Part shown: piece by piece, positions 1-15,100 of the stretch | How the letters are laid out: each line of letters opens with the position of its first letter | How positions within the stretch are numbered: position 1 is the stretch's first letter | Program-made: the position numbers and the translations under genes | The notes under the pieces: model-generated | What the model saw: only the letters and a program-made list of their open reading frames with translations | Databases searched by the model: none | Told to the model about the DNA's origin: nothing | Sequence record: MK250027.1 | DNA length: 64,000 nt | Reading direction: 5' to 3' (one strand)

Positions 1-3000
1 AAAGTTGCACATATAACAATACGTTCTGTTACTGATGAAGCGGAATTAAAAGAAATAAAACAATATCTTCCAAATAATGAATTAATATGGGAAGAAAAGA
101 ATAGTGTTTTATGGATAAAAACAAACAATAAAACAGTACAAATTGGAGGTACTAGTAATTCAAATAATAACGGAAATCAAAATAACAATAATAGTGATAG
201 TATGACACAAGAAGAATTAATAAAAGCCCTTAAGGAAATGGGTATTGTTTATGATTCAAATAATGGGTTAGAATTAGAATAGGCAAAAGTTGAGGACATT
301 ACTTTTATTAATTCTAATTTGACAGACAAATATGTATATTCAATAGATTCAGAAGGAAATCTACATTCTACTATAGTTCCTAAAGTAACATTGAAATCAC
401 GTGTTGCAAATAAAGGCTTATATGAATCAAATAAACCAGGTTCTACATTTACAAGTCGTGGATTCGTCGCAAATCTCGTGTGTGGTGAGAAGAATACGGA
501 ATTAGGAATTGATAATACATTAAGTGCAAGTTCAAATGGTTCAATATTAAATGAATCTGATAGAATTCACATTTCTCAATTTTATGCTCCATTATCAACA
601 GATATAGAAGAAGGTAAAATAGGATGTTCTCATGCATTTATAGAGTTAACAAATACATCTCCATATGATTTCTAGTTAGATGGATGCTATTTGCATTTCT
701 TCTCACTTAATGATACAAATTAGACAACATATTATAATTTACCATTAAAGGGTGTAATTCCTGCAGGTAATACATTTTTGATTAGAGGCAAAAAATATGC
801 TGATTACAAGAATTCCAATGTATTCATTAAGGTAAATTCATTTGATATAGAATGGTTTATAGAAAAAGATCAACTTATAGATTTAACCGTTAATACTATA
901 TATAATGGATATGCACTTGCGTTAACATATGGTAATACAGTAGTAGAAAATGGAGTAGAAACAGAAATTAGTCCAGTAACAACATTAGCAAAAGTAGATA
1001 CAGATAAAACAAACAAATATAGAGATAATTATATTGACGGTATTATATATTCTTATAAAGTTGCTAATATTCCTAATACATATAGAACATGGGCTATATT
1101 TAATTCCGGATATAATGTATTATCTAATAGCTTATTTAGAGAAACATTCTTATTGGACCCATCAAAACAAGGTTATCAAGCATTGAATTCAAATAAGAAG
1201 GATACATCTAGAGTACGTCATGCTACAACAGCAGATTTCTAGTTATTATCTTTAGCAAATGAATTCATACAATTCCCAAAATCTGATTCAGTAAAAGCCG
1301 TTTCTGATTATACACCAAAAGCATCATTTGAACATAAAACAGTTATTACAGAAAAGAGTAATATTGATTTAAATAAACCAAATATGATTACATGTGCGTT
1401 TGGTATTAATATGTTAACAACAAGATGTTTTAACTGGATTTCAGGAGGTATTTTTGATGAATTCATTTGGATTAGAAAGAAAGGTAGTATAACAGCTTGG
1501 AAAGATTGTGTACGATATGAATCTTATACAAGTTCAAAATGTGGTGTTGTTACAGAAAAATCTACTAATGAAATTCAAAAGAAAACATTTAATGTTGATA
1601 ATGAAAAGATAAAGGAATTAAAAGAATGTGTATATGATAGAATAACAGGTATATTTCCTGGTACTACCACACAATATACTGCACATAAGGTAATAGTTAC
1701 ATTACCTACGCCGTCAACTGGCACATCAGAATATGAATATTGCGTTGGACGACCATTATTAGATGGTACACCTGATCCTGATCATACAAATGTATCAGAT
1801 CCATATACATTTACAATGTATGCAAGTTCTTATGTTCCTAGAGTTTATCAAACATCTGACCAACAAGGTTTCCATTGGATTGAATATCAAGTATGGGCTG
1901 GTGCAGCTAAGAAATTAAATGAATACATTAATAATACTAAGAGTACAACATATATGCCAGTATTAGTAAATACTGGTGATATGACTCAATCTGGTTCTCG
2001 TATATCAGAATGGTATGATTATTATGAAGCTGGTAAGTGTTTGTTTAACCATCTTGAACAAATGAATGTTGTTGGTAATAATGACCTTGCAAATATTGAT
2101 CCTACTATATTAGGTACGGGTGATGATGCTGGTAAATCAAATTCATTCTATTTCCATGTATTCTATTGTTATGAAGTTGATGATTTTGAAGGTACTGCTT
2201 ATCCTATCATTAATAAGAAATATATTCCATCATTATATTACTTTGGCACAACAGATTATAGATTCATAATGGTTAACTCAGAAATCACAACAAAATGTTG
2301 TAATGATTGGTTTAATATTGGTAATTATAACATTTATACAGGTTATACTATTGCATCTTCAAATAATACATATAAAACAGATAATACATGGACACCAATT
2401 TATGATAGATTATATGCTATTATGAATAATTTTACAGGTAAACAATTTATAACTGCATGTCATGAAATGCCATTTACCGTTATTACAAAAGCAAATATTA
2501 AGAAAGAAACAAATATATTAGCAGCATAGAGAAGTGCATCTGGTACATCATTGGTAGGTTCTCACTTAAATTCTATAACTGCTGAAGATACAGGTTTTGG
2601 TTTTAATTGGTTTTCAAGATTACTTGAATATTTTGCAAGTAAAGGTAAGACTAAATTATGTATTGGTGGACATAAACATACATATGCTATGACATTCCCT
2701 ATTAGAGAGAATTATACATATACAAATAATGGTGCAACTGTTGATTCAAAAACAACACCTATGCCAATGTCAGCAAATCTTAATAATAAAATTGAGCAAT
2801 CTGTTAAATGGACAAAAAAATATACATATAATGCAGATACCTGTACATTTACAGAAAGTACATCTGGCACAGAAACAGTAAATACAAGTAAATTACCTTA
2901 TATTACAAAAGATGTGAAATCAATGTCTTATAATGGTACAACAACTATTGCACAAGCTGCAAGCGCTATCTAGGGATTCTTACCATATCAATACTTAAAT

Positions 3001-3357
3001 ACGTTAACAACAAGTAATGCAATAACTTATTTAATGTGTTAGGCTACAGGTTATAAATATTCATCAAATAAAGAATTACCTGCATATACATAGGCATTCT
3101 CTGAACTTATACCATAGACAACAGAGGCAGAAAAACCAGCTTCAACATAGAAATTCCCTATGTTTATTGATATTACTTTGAATAATACTACAATTACATT
3201 TAAATTGATAAGTGTTACTAACGTATTTGATTCTGCATATTTGTTTACTCAGCGTACATATGGTACAGAAAATAGTGGATTAAACTATATGAAATTAGGA
3301 TCTAATTCTTTATATGGTACATGGCAAGCGTCATCAACAAATTTAAAGACTCTTTAA
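1..3357 (+). CDS. 5'-truncated large protein with lamin-tail-like domain and calcineurin-like (purple acid phosphatase type) metallophosphoesterase; TAG=Gln
   Basis: Frame 1 is open from base 1 to TAA TAA at 3355 with about ten in-frame TAG, joining track ORFs 319, 778, 1384, 2551 and 3160. LTD-like FIELTNTSPYDFQLDGCYL...GVIPAGNTFLIRG; metallophosphoesterase motifs SDQQ, NTGDMTQ, VGNND, GGHKHTY. Confidence 0.85.
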
Positions 3358-3383
3358 TAAAAATATCAATCTAATATAATAAT

Positions 3384-6300
3384 ATGAAATATAATGGAAC
3401 AGATAATATTATAACTGATAATGACATCCTTGTTACTTCCAGCGCTGGAAGTAACAAGGATCTTCATACAGTTATAGAAGAACAACAATATGACATTGAT
3501 GAATTAAAATCAAATGTCAAATGGATTTATAAATACGGTGGTGTCGGTGGTGTCGGTGGCTCCGGAAGTGGTTCTGTAAGTGGTGGAAAATGGTCTGCAG
3601 ATGTATATATTAATGATGTGCCAGTAACTAATGGTTCTATAACTGATTTATCGCAAAAACTTATTAATGATATAGCTCCTATTACTGTCAAAGTTTCTAT
3701 TAAAAACCCTTCTGCTGGTGGATATAAGTTTAAATTGGAATATGGATATGATGATGGTTCATTCCAAACATATCCTCAATCATTAACAACAGATAATAAT
3801 TGTAGTGTAGAATTTAATCTTAAAATTTCAAAAAATTCACAATTAGTTATAAAAGTAACAGATATAGATAATAATTATAAACAGACGATATATAAGTACT
3901 ATATTTATGGTTTAGATTATAAAATAATTCCAATGACTTATAATAGTCAAGGTGTTTTATATGAACTTAAAGATTTTGATTATAAACCTAGTCAATTTCC
4001 AAATGGTGTTGTTTATAGATTATCAATTAATAATTTCGCTGGATTTATAATTAATTATAATATTGTAAGTACTATTGATTGCAAAATTATATAGATTAAT
4101 GAATAGAATTATAAACTATATAATACAGATAAAAATAATGGTTCATATTATGATAATGAAAATTTAAAAGGTTATTTACAATCAAATGATACTATAATTA
4201 CATTAGATTATTTAATAACGCAAGATACTTTGAAAAATGAACTTAACTTTGGTTCTCAAACATTCATGGCGTATATAGAAAGTATAAGTAATGGTATTTC
4301 AAATAAAAATGAAGTAAAATCAGAATATTCTATTGTGCCTGATAGTAATCAATATGTTATATGTTTATCTGAATCTATTATGGGTAAAGTTTATGATGAT
4401 AATACAAATATTAGCATAGTAGAAGCACAAAAAGAAGGAAATGCGTTTAATGTAGGTGATTCCGTATCATTTAAATTAAGACCATTTAATTTCTCCTCTG
4501 ATACAATTGCAATTAATTATACATTAATTAATACGGAAAATGATATTAATACTTCTAGTACTATAAATTTAAAAGCAGGACGTTATATATCTCAATCATT
4601 TAAAGTATATTCGGGATGGAATAAGTTAATAATTAATACTAATATTGTAAAATATTATTATGGTGTAAAAATTTCAGCTTCTGTAAACTGGTATAATCAA
4701 AACGGTGAAAATAATTCAAAGGCAAAGAATCTAGATTTATCTTATGTTCGTTTTTATAATAGTATATCAGATAATATGAAAAATGAAACCAATTTTAAAT
4801 AGATATATGTCAATAACTATTTAGAATTAAATACTAATATAAATGCATAGGATAAAGTTATTAATTTATATAATAATAAAACGATAAATACAGCTACAAA
4901 AGTAGATACTCACTTTGCATTTAGTATTCAATTCTCAGGGGCTAATAATACAGATGATACTATTTTTGAATTAAAAAATGAAAAGAAAGATATATTATTT
5001 TCTGTAACATAGAGTTCTATTAAATGTAATTAGTTTACTAGTAATAATGATATAAAAATATATATACCAAAAGAAAATAATTATACACCATCTGATGCAA
5101 CTAAATATCATTTAGTTGATATTTATATTAAAAAAACAGATCCATATACATTAACAAAAACAGTTAATAATACAAATTCTGTTGATATGCAATATTATTT
5201 AAATGATTTAGCAGATGATATAGACGTTTCTAATTCTAAAAAAGAACCTCAATATTATATTGAAGTATATATTGATGGTATTACAGATGGTGTTACTAAA
5301 TATTTTGTATCAACATATCCAAATATATGTTATTTATGTTTAAAAAATATAAATGTATCATATAACTTATTTGAATTAGGTAAATTTAATAATGAATCAT
5401 TAAAATTTAATGATATTGACGCAGATTTATATTATTACACATATAAGTATATATTAACTAAAGGAAGTGGTGTTACAAAAAATAATATAGACTTAATATA
5501 TAACTTATCATCATTAGATTATAGTGCATCAATTTCTTCTGATTTAACAAAATAGTTGATATTAAGAAAGCATAATCAAATATGTATATCAAAAGAATAT
5601 TTAGAGCAGTTAAAAAAAATGTTAGATGTGCCTATTTATATAATAAATGTTGCACATACACGAGAGAATGATAATATTACATCTATTTTTTAGTGGTTAA
5701 ATGGAACGTATCAAGAGACTGATGATATTACTGCATGGCCTGTTCAAACGATAAGTGTTCAAGGAAAACATAAAACAGGTATTACGTATGTCGCTCCAGA
5801 TGATACAGTAGGTATAGAAGTTGAGTTTCCTGATGACGATGCATATACATAGGCATTGTTTAATATAAATATTCAAGGTTCATCAACTAGACAAAATCAT
5901 GGTAAAAACTTAGATTTAATCTTGGTTAATAAAGATACAGATACTCATAATAAATTATTATATTCTCCTAATTTTGATGAAAATGATTCAAATACATATT
6001 TACCAGAATCTAAATTTACATTAAAAGCAGATATTGTAGACTCAGGACATTCTAATAATACTGTAATGGGTAAATTTATTAATCAGAATACATAGAAATT
6101 TGATATAGCATCAAATGGACAATATAAAAGTTATATTAAAAACTGTTTGGAAGGATTTCCATGCATAATTATATTAAATGTTGATTATGAAGTTTCGGGT
6201 TCATCTTCTGAATATTATTTCATGGGTTTATATAACTTTAACTTAGGTCGTGGTTCATATTCAAATTTAGGATATGTTAATAATTCTATATTTGATAAAC

Positions 6301-9300
6301 AATTATCATCTGTAACAGCACTTAAACCATTTGAATTTTTTAAAACAACAACAGATGAATATGAATTGAGAACTGATTTTGGATGCGCAGAAATAACAGG
6401 TAATAATCATAAATTTGATTTTTCACAATGGGATGATACTATATTATATCCATTTGAAAATGAACATGGTAATACATATATGTGGGATGATATAGTAACC
6501 AGTTAGGAAGGTGCATTTAAAATCGCATTAAAATATTTCGTAAGAGATATTGCTATTTCTGGAGGTTATATATTTGATTATTTAGGTAAAGAAGCGATAG
6601 ACCATAAAAAATGGGATGCAGATGGTGGATGGAACCATATTGGCGGTGTTCCTGATGTCAGTAAACAATATAAGCGTACATCAGATGATACTACTGTATC
6701 ATATTATGATCCTACCATTAAAGTACCAGAAAAATCTAAATGGCAAACTATATTCCAACGTACAATGTAGGATGGTTTTGAATATAATGGAGATATATCA
6801 TATTCTCGATTAGATTATACATCCGCTGTAGAATATTACACAATTTGTATGGCATTTGGTTTGGTAGACTCTGTATAGAAAAATTTAAATGTTCGTACTT
6901 GGACATTAAATAAAACAAATAGAAAGGAAACAGATCCAGAAGAAAAAGATTTAACACGTTCTAAATTCTATATATCATTCTACGATATGGATACATGTTT
7001 GGGTATCGATAATAACTCTAATGATACAACAACTTTCTGTTTTTCTGATTATTGGGAATCAACTGATACTGAATAGAATGGTGTACATATTATTTCATCT
7101 ATTAATCAATACAGAGATTATTTTTCTGAAAAATATACAATTACTGATGCTTCTACAGGTATAAAATCTGGTGAAATTGGATACGATATACCATCATCAT
7201 TCTTATTTGGTGTCGCAAAATATGGTACAGAAGTATTTAACACAGATGAACTTTTAAAATTAGATTATCTTGAATATCCAACACCTACATTATTATGGAT
7301 AAGATATAGAGCAGGAAATACAACAGCATATGATAAACCTGGTACAGGATCTTTATAGAATGCACAATATTTCATGGATACTTATTATAAAAAACATATG
7401 GAAGGTGTGTCTGAATTAGTATTCAATTTAAATTATAAAGTTAAATATCTTGCATATAATATATAGGAAAAATGGGAATTTGATTCAACAAAGAAGAATA
7501 CCTTTATAGGAACATATACGATAAATAATAAAATTAATTATTCTTCAGGTTTCCATAATGATATACAAAAATTTAGAGGTCGTTCTATATATCGTGTATA
7601 TGATTGGTTAAATTCTAGATTACATATATTAGATGCATATTTTAATTTACAAGATTCACGAGAACTTTTATCTGTATCTGAAATAGAAAAATAGCATCAA
7701 ACAAATAAAAATACCACTAATACAGAACTTGTTCAATTACGTTTATCTGGCAATAACTTGGATGACAGTGTAAAAACTATAGTATCATTATTAAATACTT
7801 CTAATGATATTAACATTAAGAGTCAAATATTTAAATCTAGCACAACAGATAATCCAAAAATTAATTTTCCATCAAATCCTATAACGTTACAAGTTAAAGC
7901 TCAAAATTATTCACCAATAATGTTTGATGTCGGTGGTACAATTCAAGGTAAATATTTATTACGTTCATCTGCAAATACGTATTAGATAACATTTAGCGGT
8001 TCCGGCAATATAGCATTTGCACTTTATGGTTCAAATTAGATAACATATTTAAGTAATGTTACTTGGTATACACCAACATCAATGATAATTGAATCTTCAA
8101 ATCTTACAAATATTTATGGAAATAATCCTACATATAATGTAAGTGTTAATAAATTAATGTCTCCTGCATTATAGAAAATTGAATTAATGGGTTATAATTA
8201 TACGGGTTCATTAGAATTATCAGATATATCTACATATTCAAATTTAAATTTAATTAATATATCAAATACAGGAATAAATTTAAAGGCGACAGATATTAAT
8301 GTATCAACAATAAATGTATCTGGTGTTTCTGCTACAAAATGTGAAATTTCAAGATGTAATAAATTATCATCTTTAAAATTAAGTGAATTAAAAGTAACAG
8401 ATGAATTTTTATTAACTGTTAATTATTCAAGTAATGTATTATTTAATGAAATTGAAGCAAAACGATTCTCAGTTTCTTGCTCAGTTGTAAATTAGAATAA
8501 TACAATAGTTATTGATGGCTCACGTGGTAAATTTTAGACACTTGAAGAATTAACTATCTCTGGTTTTGCAAAAGTATAGATTTATTCTTGTCCAAAATTG
8601 TAGAAAGTTACTATTAGTGAAATTACGTCTGGAGATGATGCAAAAGATATATATTTGAAAGAACTTGCTATTATTAATTGTTGTACAGATAAATTATGTA
8701 CAGAATTTAATGTACTTTCATCTACATCATCAAGTTATGATAAAACATTAGATTTATATTCATTTAAGAAATTATCTAGAATATGCTTCTATGGAACATA
8801 GAATTTTGAACAAGCAATTTTACCAGAAACATTAAATTTGCAAGGTAGTGAATTTGGTAATTGTAAATCATTGAAATATGTAGATATTAAAACAAGTATT
8901 GGTACAAAAGCAAGTAAAATTACTATCAATGGATATGATAAATATGTATTATCTTCATCAGCTAAAAGTACTAGTGGATTAACATTTATTACATATACTG
9001 CACCAAATGTAGGATGTTTCTATAACTGTTATGAATTTAAGATGGAACGTACTGTAAATGATAGTTCAGTTGTACCTATTCGCGTAAGTAATTCCGTAAA
9101 ATCTTTGGAATACTTATTTGGACTTGATTCTCATAATAGTAATATAAATTTAGCAAAAATCTCGAATTTTATAGATAATATTTCTATAAGTAATAGTATT
9201 ACATCTATTAATTATATGTGTATGAATCAAGATGGCATTAAATTATCAAAGGAACAATTTGTCGCAGATGGACCAGATAAAGCAACCTTACACTTAGGTA

Positions 9301-12074
9301 CATTTGGTAAATTATCTAGTGGTAATCTTGTAGATGCATTTTATATTAATACGATATATATTAATAAATGGATATGGTATGATAAAGATAAAAAACAAAT
9401 AATCAGTTGTAATAATATTAATAGATTATTTGGTCAAGGTTCAAAGAATTTATATATGACAATAGATTGTTTATATCCTATACTGAATAAGATCTAGTAT
9501 TTAATTGGAATTACTAGTGGGCAGACGATAATATATCCTATATATTCAGGCTCTTCATAGAAATTTGATGTATATACAATTCTTACAGATGAAAAGAAAA
9601 CAGAAACTTCATGGAAGGATAAAACAACATATACAAAATCTTATACATTTAATGGTACTATTGGTAATTTGATTACGAATCAAGTTGTTCCTGCTCGTGC
9701 CATATTTGTTAATGAAACAGGTGCTTCTCATACAGTAGATTCTCAAGATAATACAGGTGCAATATATCCTACTGCAATGACAAGATTCAGCGGTATTTCA
9801 TTCTGTGCATCTAATGTACAATGGGATTTATATGGATTATTTAGTAAGAAATGGAAATTATAGTATATAGATTTTTTCCAAACATTTGGATTCTCTACAG
9901 TAACAGAATATGAAGATTTATTTAATGCTAAATTTATGCCATCAACATTAATAGATATTAAACATAGTTTAAATACATCATTCAACACATCTGTAGATTA
10001 TACAAGATTCTTAGATTTTAACACATTAATTACTAATTATAATAATTCAGTTCCATCAAATGCAATGTTTAATTACGAAAATGGAGATTCTCTTAATTAT
10101 GCTACAGGATTAACATTTACTAAACATATTAGCAGTGATACATTTAAAGAATGGATGGTATATATATTTAAAGCAAATAATGCTCAAGGTATAACTAACT
10201 TATTCAGAAACTGTAATATATTAGTAAGTCAAGCAGAAGCAAATAATAAATGTGATTTCAGTATAGAAACAATATTTAGCGATTATGGCGAAAATCTCGT
10301 AATAAATTAGAAAATACATAATATATATTGTTTGTTCTATAATTTACATTGTTATATTAAAGATAAGTATGATATAACTAAAACTAGTTAGTCTGCTGAA
10401 GTATAGTATATGACATTTGGTACAGATATGTTTAAATACCTTCCAAATATAACTACTGTTTCATCAGCGTTTACAAATAACTATTGGAATGACCCTATAC
10501 CATTTAATGTATTTAATAAACGTTATAAATGTGATGATACATATTATTATCTTGAATTCTTTGAAGGTACTGATATATTAGTAACTGATGAGAATAAAGG
10601 TCTTAATGAATATAAAGATAAAAAGAAAATAAGAAAGAAGATAAAATATGTTTCATATAGTTATAAATAGGTAATGAATTAGGTTAGTTCATGTTTCGCT
10701 AATATTCATTTTAATCCTGCTTATATTTCTAACAGATATACTAAAGGTTCTGATATTATTAAAGAAGCAGGTATTAATTATTATCAATTTATAAATGATG
10801 ATAACACTGTTATAAATAATGATGAGAAAATATATATTTCTGAAAAAATAAAAGTATTATTACGTTCTACTGGTAATAATAGTGATTATATATACCCATC
10901 ATATGAATATTATGATACATTAAATTTGCATGGTGCATTCTATGAAGGTAATTTTGAAAAAGCCGGCACATCTACTGGTGGTACTAATGTAACGTCTTCT
11001 ATTCAAAAAGCACCATTAACAAAATCAGTATCTGAATATTTAGAATCACTTATAGTTACACCAGATTTATTATATGGATGTCAACCATCTGCTTCAATAT
11101 AGGGTATAGTTTCTCAATCTAGTGTATCAAAAGATATGTTAACTGGTATTTTACCAGCTCATTTCTATAAGCAAATGAAAACATTAGGAGGTGGTACATA
11201 TGAAGTGTTTACAGGATGTCTTGTGATACCAAATTACGTAGGTACATATGTAAATTATGATTCTAACGGAACATTGAAACTTCGTTATAACATATATACA
11301 TTTATACCAGAAGAATTTGTAAATTCTGATATGAATAATTTATAGAATATGTTTAGATTCTATATACATTGGCCAAAACAAGGTCAAACAGAATCAGGTG
11401 TGCAAACATATGATTTTTATGTATTATCTACAAGCAATTCATTTGGAAGTAATATAACGTCATTAAATAATGCATTCCCTGTTTCATCAGTTGTTTCATA
11501 TCAATCATATGGAACTACAATAATAAATTATCAAACAGCTAACAGATCAATTCACTATAATTTACAATGTACATATTAGACTCAATCTTATGAAGCATCA
11601 AAGAAATCAGAGATATTTGGAACACTTAATTATGATAATTTGAGATATATATCAGTGTTTGATACAGGCCTTAATATGGAAATATATAAGTCATTAAATG
11701 TAACTAATTTAATAACAAGTATAAACTTATTATATGGTTACTATGGATATATATTTAACTCTTCATATGATACAAGAAATATAATATTAACAACAAATTC
11801 AGAAAATAAAAAATATTATTGTATTAATGTAAGTGCAAATTATCAATGGCAATCTAATTAGTTATCATGTAATATAATATTCCCTATATGTTCTAACACA
11901 TCAGAAACAACAAGAAGATTATTATATTTCTATGATATTCCATAGAATGCTAAATTTAATACTAACATAAGTATGTTTTCAACTTCAGAAAATAGAGAAT
12001 ATTATAAAAATATGTTTGATAGTATGTTTACATTCAATGATAATGAAAAATATAGTTATGCTACATATGAATAA
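3384..12074 (+). CDS. Giant (2896 aa) probable virion protein with CotH-like kinase domain and LRR-like C-terminal half; TAG=Gln
   Basis: All long + ORFs from 3384 to 11861 share frame 3 and the gaps I translated break only at TAG; ends at TAA 12072-12074. CotH-like motifs IQGSSTRQNHGKN, FTLKADIVDSGHSNN, EGFP...FMGLYNFN, FGLVDS(Q)KNLNVRTW, FYDMDTCLGIDN. Gly-rich linker near the N-terminus; LxxLxLS-type repeats after about 8100. Confidence 0.8.
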
Positions 12075-12096
12075 TAATATTTTTATGAATATAATT

Positions 12097-12130
12097 AAGA
12101 GAGATATAGATATACTATATCTCTCTTTTT
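12097..12130 (+). terminator. Intrinsic terminator
   Basis: 13-bp stem AAGAGAGATATAG/CTATATCTCTCTT followed by a T tract. Confidence 0.85.
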
Positions 12131-12137
12131 ATCTAAA

Positions 12138-12154
12138 AATAAATATAAAAAGAA
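12138..12154 (+). promoter_or_regulatory. Putative late-promoter 17-mer AATAAATATAAAAAGAA (copy 1)
   Basis: Identical 17-mer lies 15-17 nt upstream of the ATGs at 12170, 18605 and 32025(-); contains TAAATA, resembling the T4 late consensus TATAAATA. Confidence 0.55.
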
Positions 12155-12169
12155 TTTTTATGAATATAA

Positions 12170-15100
12170 ATGGATAATAAATGTTCAAGACCTGCTTTGA
12201 TCCATAGCTTTAATCCTAAACCATTCAAAGATATTGATACAGCCATTTTCGCGCTTAATAAGAAAGATTTAGCAACAGGTGAAATAGCTATAGCATATTA
12301 TAATGATGTTAATGAAACAAGAGGAATCGGGGCAGTAATCGCAACTGGTAATATTTTACCAGGTGGAAATCAAATATTCAAGAATACTGTATATACTGAT
12401 AAACTTATAAAAGTTGTAAAAGAATCTATTGAATCTAACTCTGTTGATATAAGTGTAATCGAAGAAAATGTAAATAATAACATTGCAGATATTGCATTAA
12501 TTAAGGAACAACTTAAATCGTTGTCTATTGATTCAAGTAATAATCAATCTTCTGTTGATAATAAGATGAATGAAATCAATGAAATCATCAGTAAAATGAA
12601 AGAAGATATGAATAATATCATAGATAATATTCATAAAGTTGTTGCTGATGCATCATAGTCTCTCACTGATTCTACAGATACTATATATACCGATTTCAAA
12701 GGAGCAGACACTTCTTTAAAAAACTATATAGATGATGAAAACTTAAAAATTTCTCAAAAAATTGATGATATTTCATTAAAAAATGTAGAAAATAAGCAAG
12801 AATTATTAGATAAAATTAATTCCAATACATCTACTCGAAACTACAATTTATGATGTTTCAACATAGTTGACTGATGACATTTCTATATTAAACAATAAGG
12901 TAGAAACTTATAATAATGACTTAAATACATCTTTAACTTATAATGTGTCTACATTAAAATCTCTTATATCAGATAATAAGAATTATGTTGATAAAAGAGA
13001 AAATCTTATCAGAGAATATATTGATTAGAAAGATAATCAATTAATATGGCTAATAGGTGATACTTCTAAACATATTCATTTCCGTATAGATAAAGAAGTT
13101 CATGACTTAAATGATAGAATTACATCTGAACACCTTGATATGAATAAAGTTGTTGCAGATAATAAAACCGATTCAAAACGCTATACAGATTAGGAAATAT
13201 CATTAGCTAAAGATTATGTGGATGAACAAACTGAATATCTTAAATCAAATATATCTCAAACTGAGTTAAACTCAAAGAAATATACAGATGAATCTATTAC
13301 TTCATTAAATAATAAGTTATCAGAATCAATTAAGAATACGTCTATATATGCAAAAGATTTATTTGATAACTCTAATGAATATGCAGATAAATTAAATAAT
13401 TCATAGAAAGTTTATATTGATGATGAACTTAGAATGCAAGATGAACGTTTAGTTGACAATATAAATTCTGTAAAAGATACTATTAATACAACAAAATCTG
13501 AATTAAATGTTTCTATTAATAAATCATATGATAATGCAGTAAAATATACAAATAAAGTACATCAAGAGACTTTACAACTTATTAAAGAATATGATAATAA
13601 AGTAAGATAGGATTTTTCTGAAGCGGATATTAAGTTAGATAATAAGATTAATGACACTTCTACATTAATTTGGAATTATATAGGCAATACATCTGATGCT
13701 ATTGTTCAATTTGTTAAAGATACATCCAAATTAAATTGGGATCATACAAATGATACATCTGATGCTATTGTTAAATATATTAATGATACATCTGACGCTA
13801 TTGTTAAATATATAAATGATACTTCCGATGCTATTATTCAATATGTAGATTAGCAAGATCAATTATAGAAAAATTATACTGACAAAGAAGTATCTACTTT
13901 GAAATCATATGTAGATACAGAAAACACTTCTATTATTGCTTATGTTGATAATCAAGATGATAAAGTATTGAGTGAAGCCTCAATTTATACAGATGGTAAA
14001 ATTCAGGAAGTAAATAATACTATCCATGATCTTGATGAAAAGGTAGAAGATTATAATAGAAATACAAATAAGTTACTTGATGATGTTTCTGAAGGTATTA
14101 TAAGAGATTATACAACTGCAATTAATAATCTTAATCAAGATGTTTCCAGAAATGATACATGGTTATATAACCATATTGAAAAATATAATACAAATTTATC
14201 TACTGCAATTACAACTAATGATTCAGATACTAAAAAATTAATTAAAGATGTTTCCGATCTTCTTGATTAGAAAATAGAAGATACATCAGATATTCTGCAA
14301 GGTGTAATAGATGCATTGAAAACACAACATAATACTGATATTACAACGACAAATACTTCTATTATGTCTTATGTTAATAATTATAATACTAGTACATCAG
14401 AAATGATTAAAGCAATGAACACTAGTATTAATACATATTGGGAAAATGCCGATGAGACTATCGAAAATTTACTTACTAATGTTTCTAATGGTATTCTTCA
14501 AAAAGTTAATAATATACAAAAAGATTTATCTACTTATATTCAAACAGCCGAATCTACTTTAAAATCATTATATGAACAAGCAGATGACGGACTTCTTGGA
14601 TATATTAATAGTTAGGACGCAAAACTTAATAGTAGTATAAATGATATTTCAACAAAGATTGTAAATAAATTTAATAATGATATTAGTATATTAAATGATA
14701 AAGTTGATACTAATTTATCTAATTTAAATACATCTATTAATAGTGTTCATGATATATTATTTAGGAAAATTGAAGATACATCTACTGAAATTGTAAGAGC
14801 TTTGAATACATCTATTAGTAATATTAATCAAAAGCTTACTACTAATGTAACTGAAATTTATGATAGGATAGATGACGTTAAAGATGATATTTTTGAAAAA
14901 CTTAATGTATCTATTAATGGTATCAATAAAATATTAACTGATAAAGATACAGCATTAGATAATAAGATTGATAATAAGTATACAACTATTATTAATGTAA
15001 TGAATACATCTGATAGTATTTTAAATGGTCGTATTACTAATTTAGAAACCAAACATACAAATGAATTATCTGAAGCTGTTAAAACATTAAATAAATTAGT

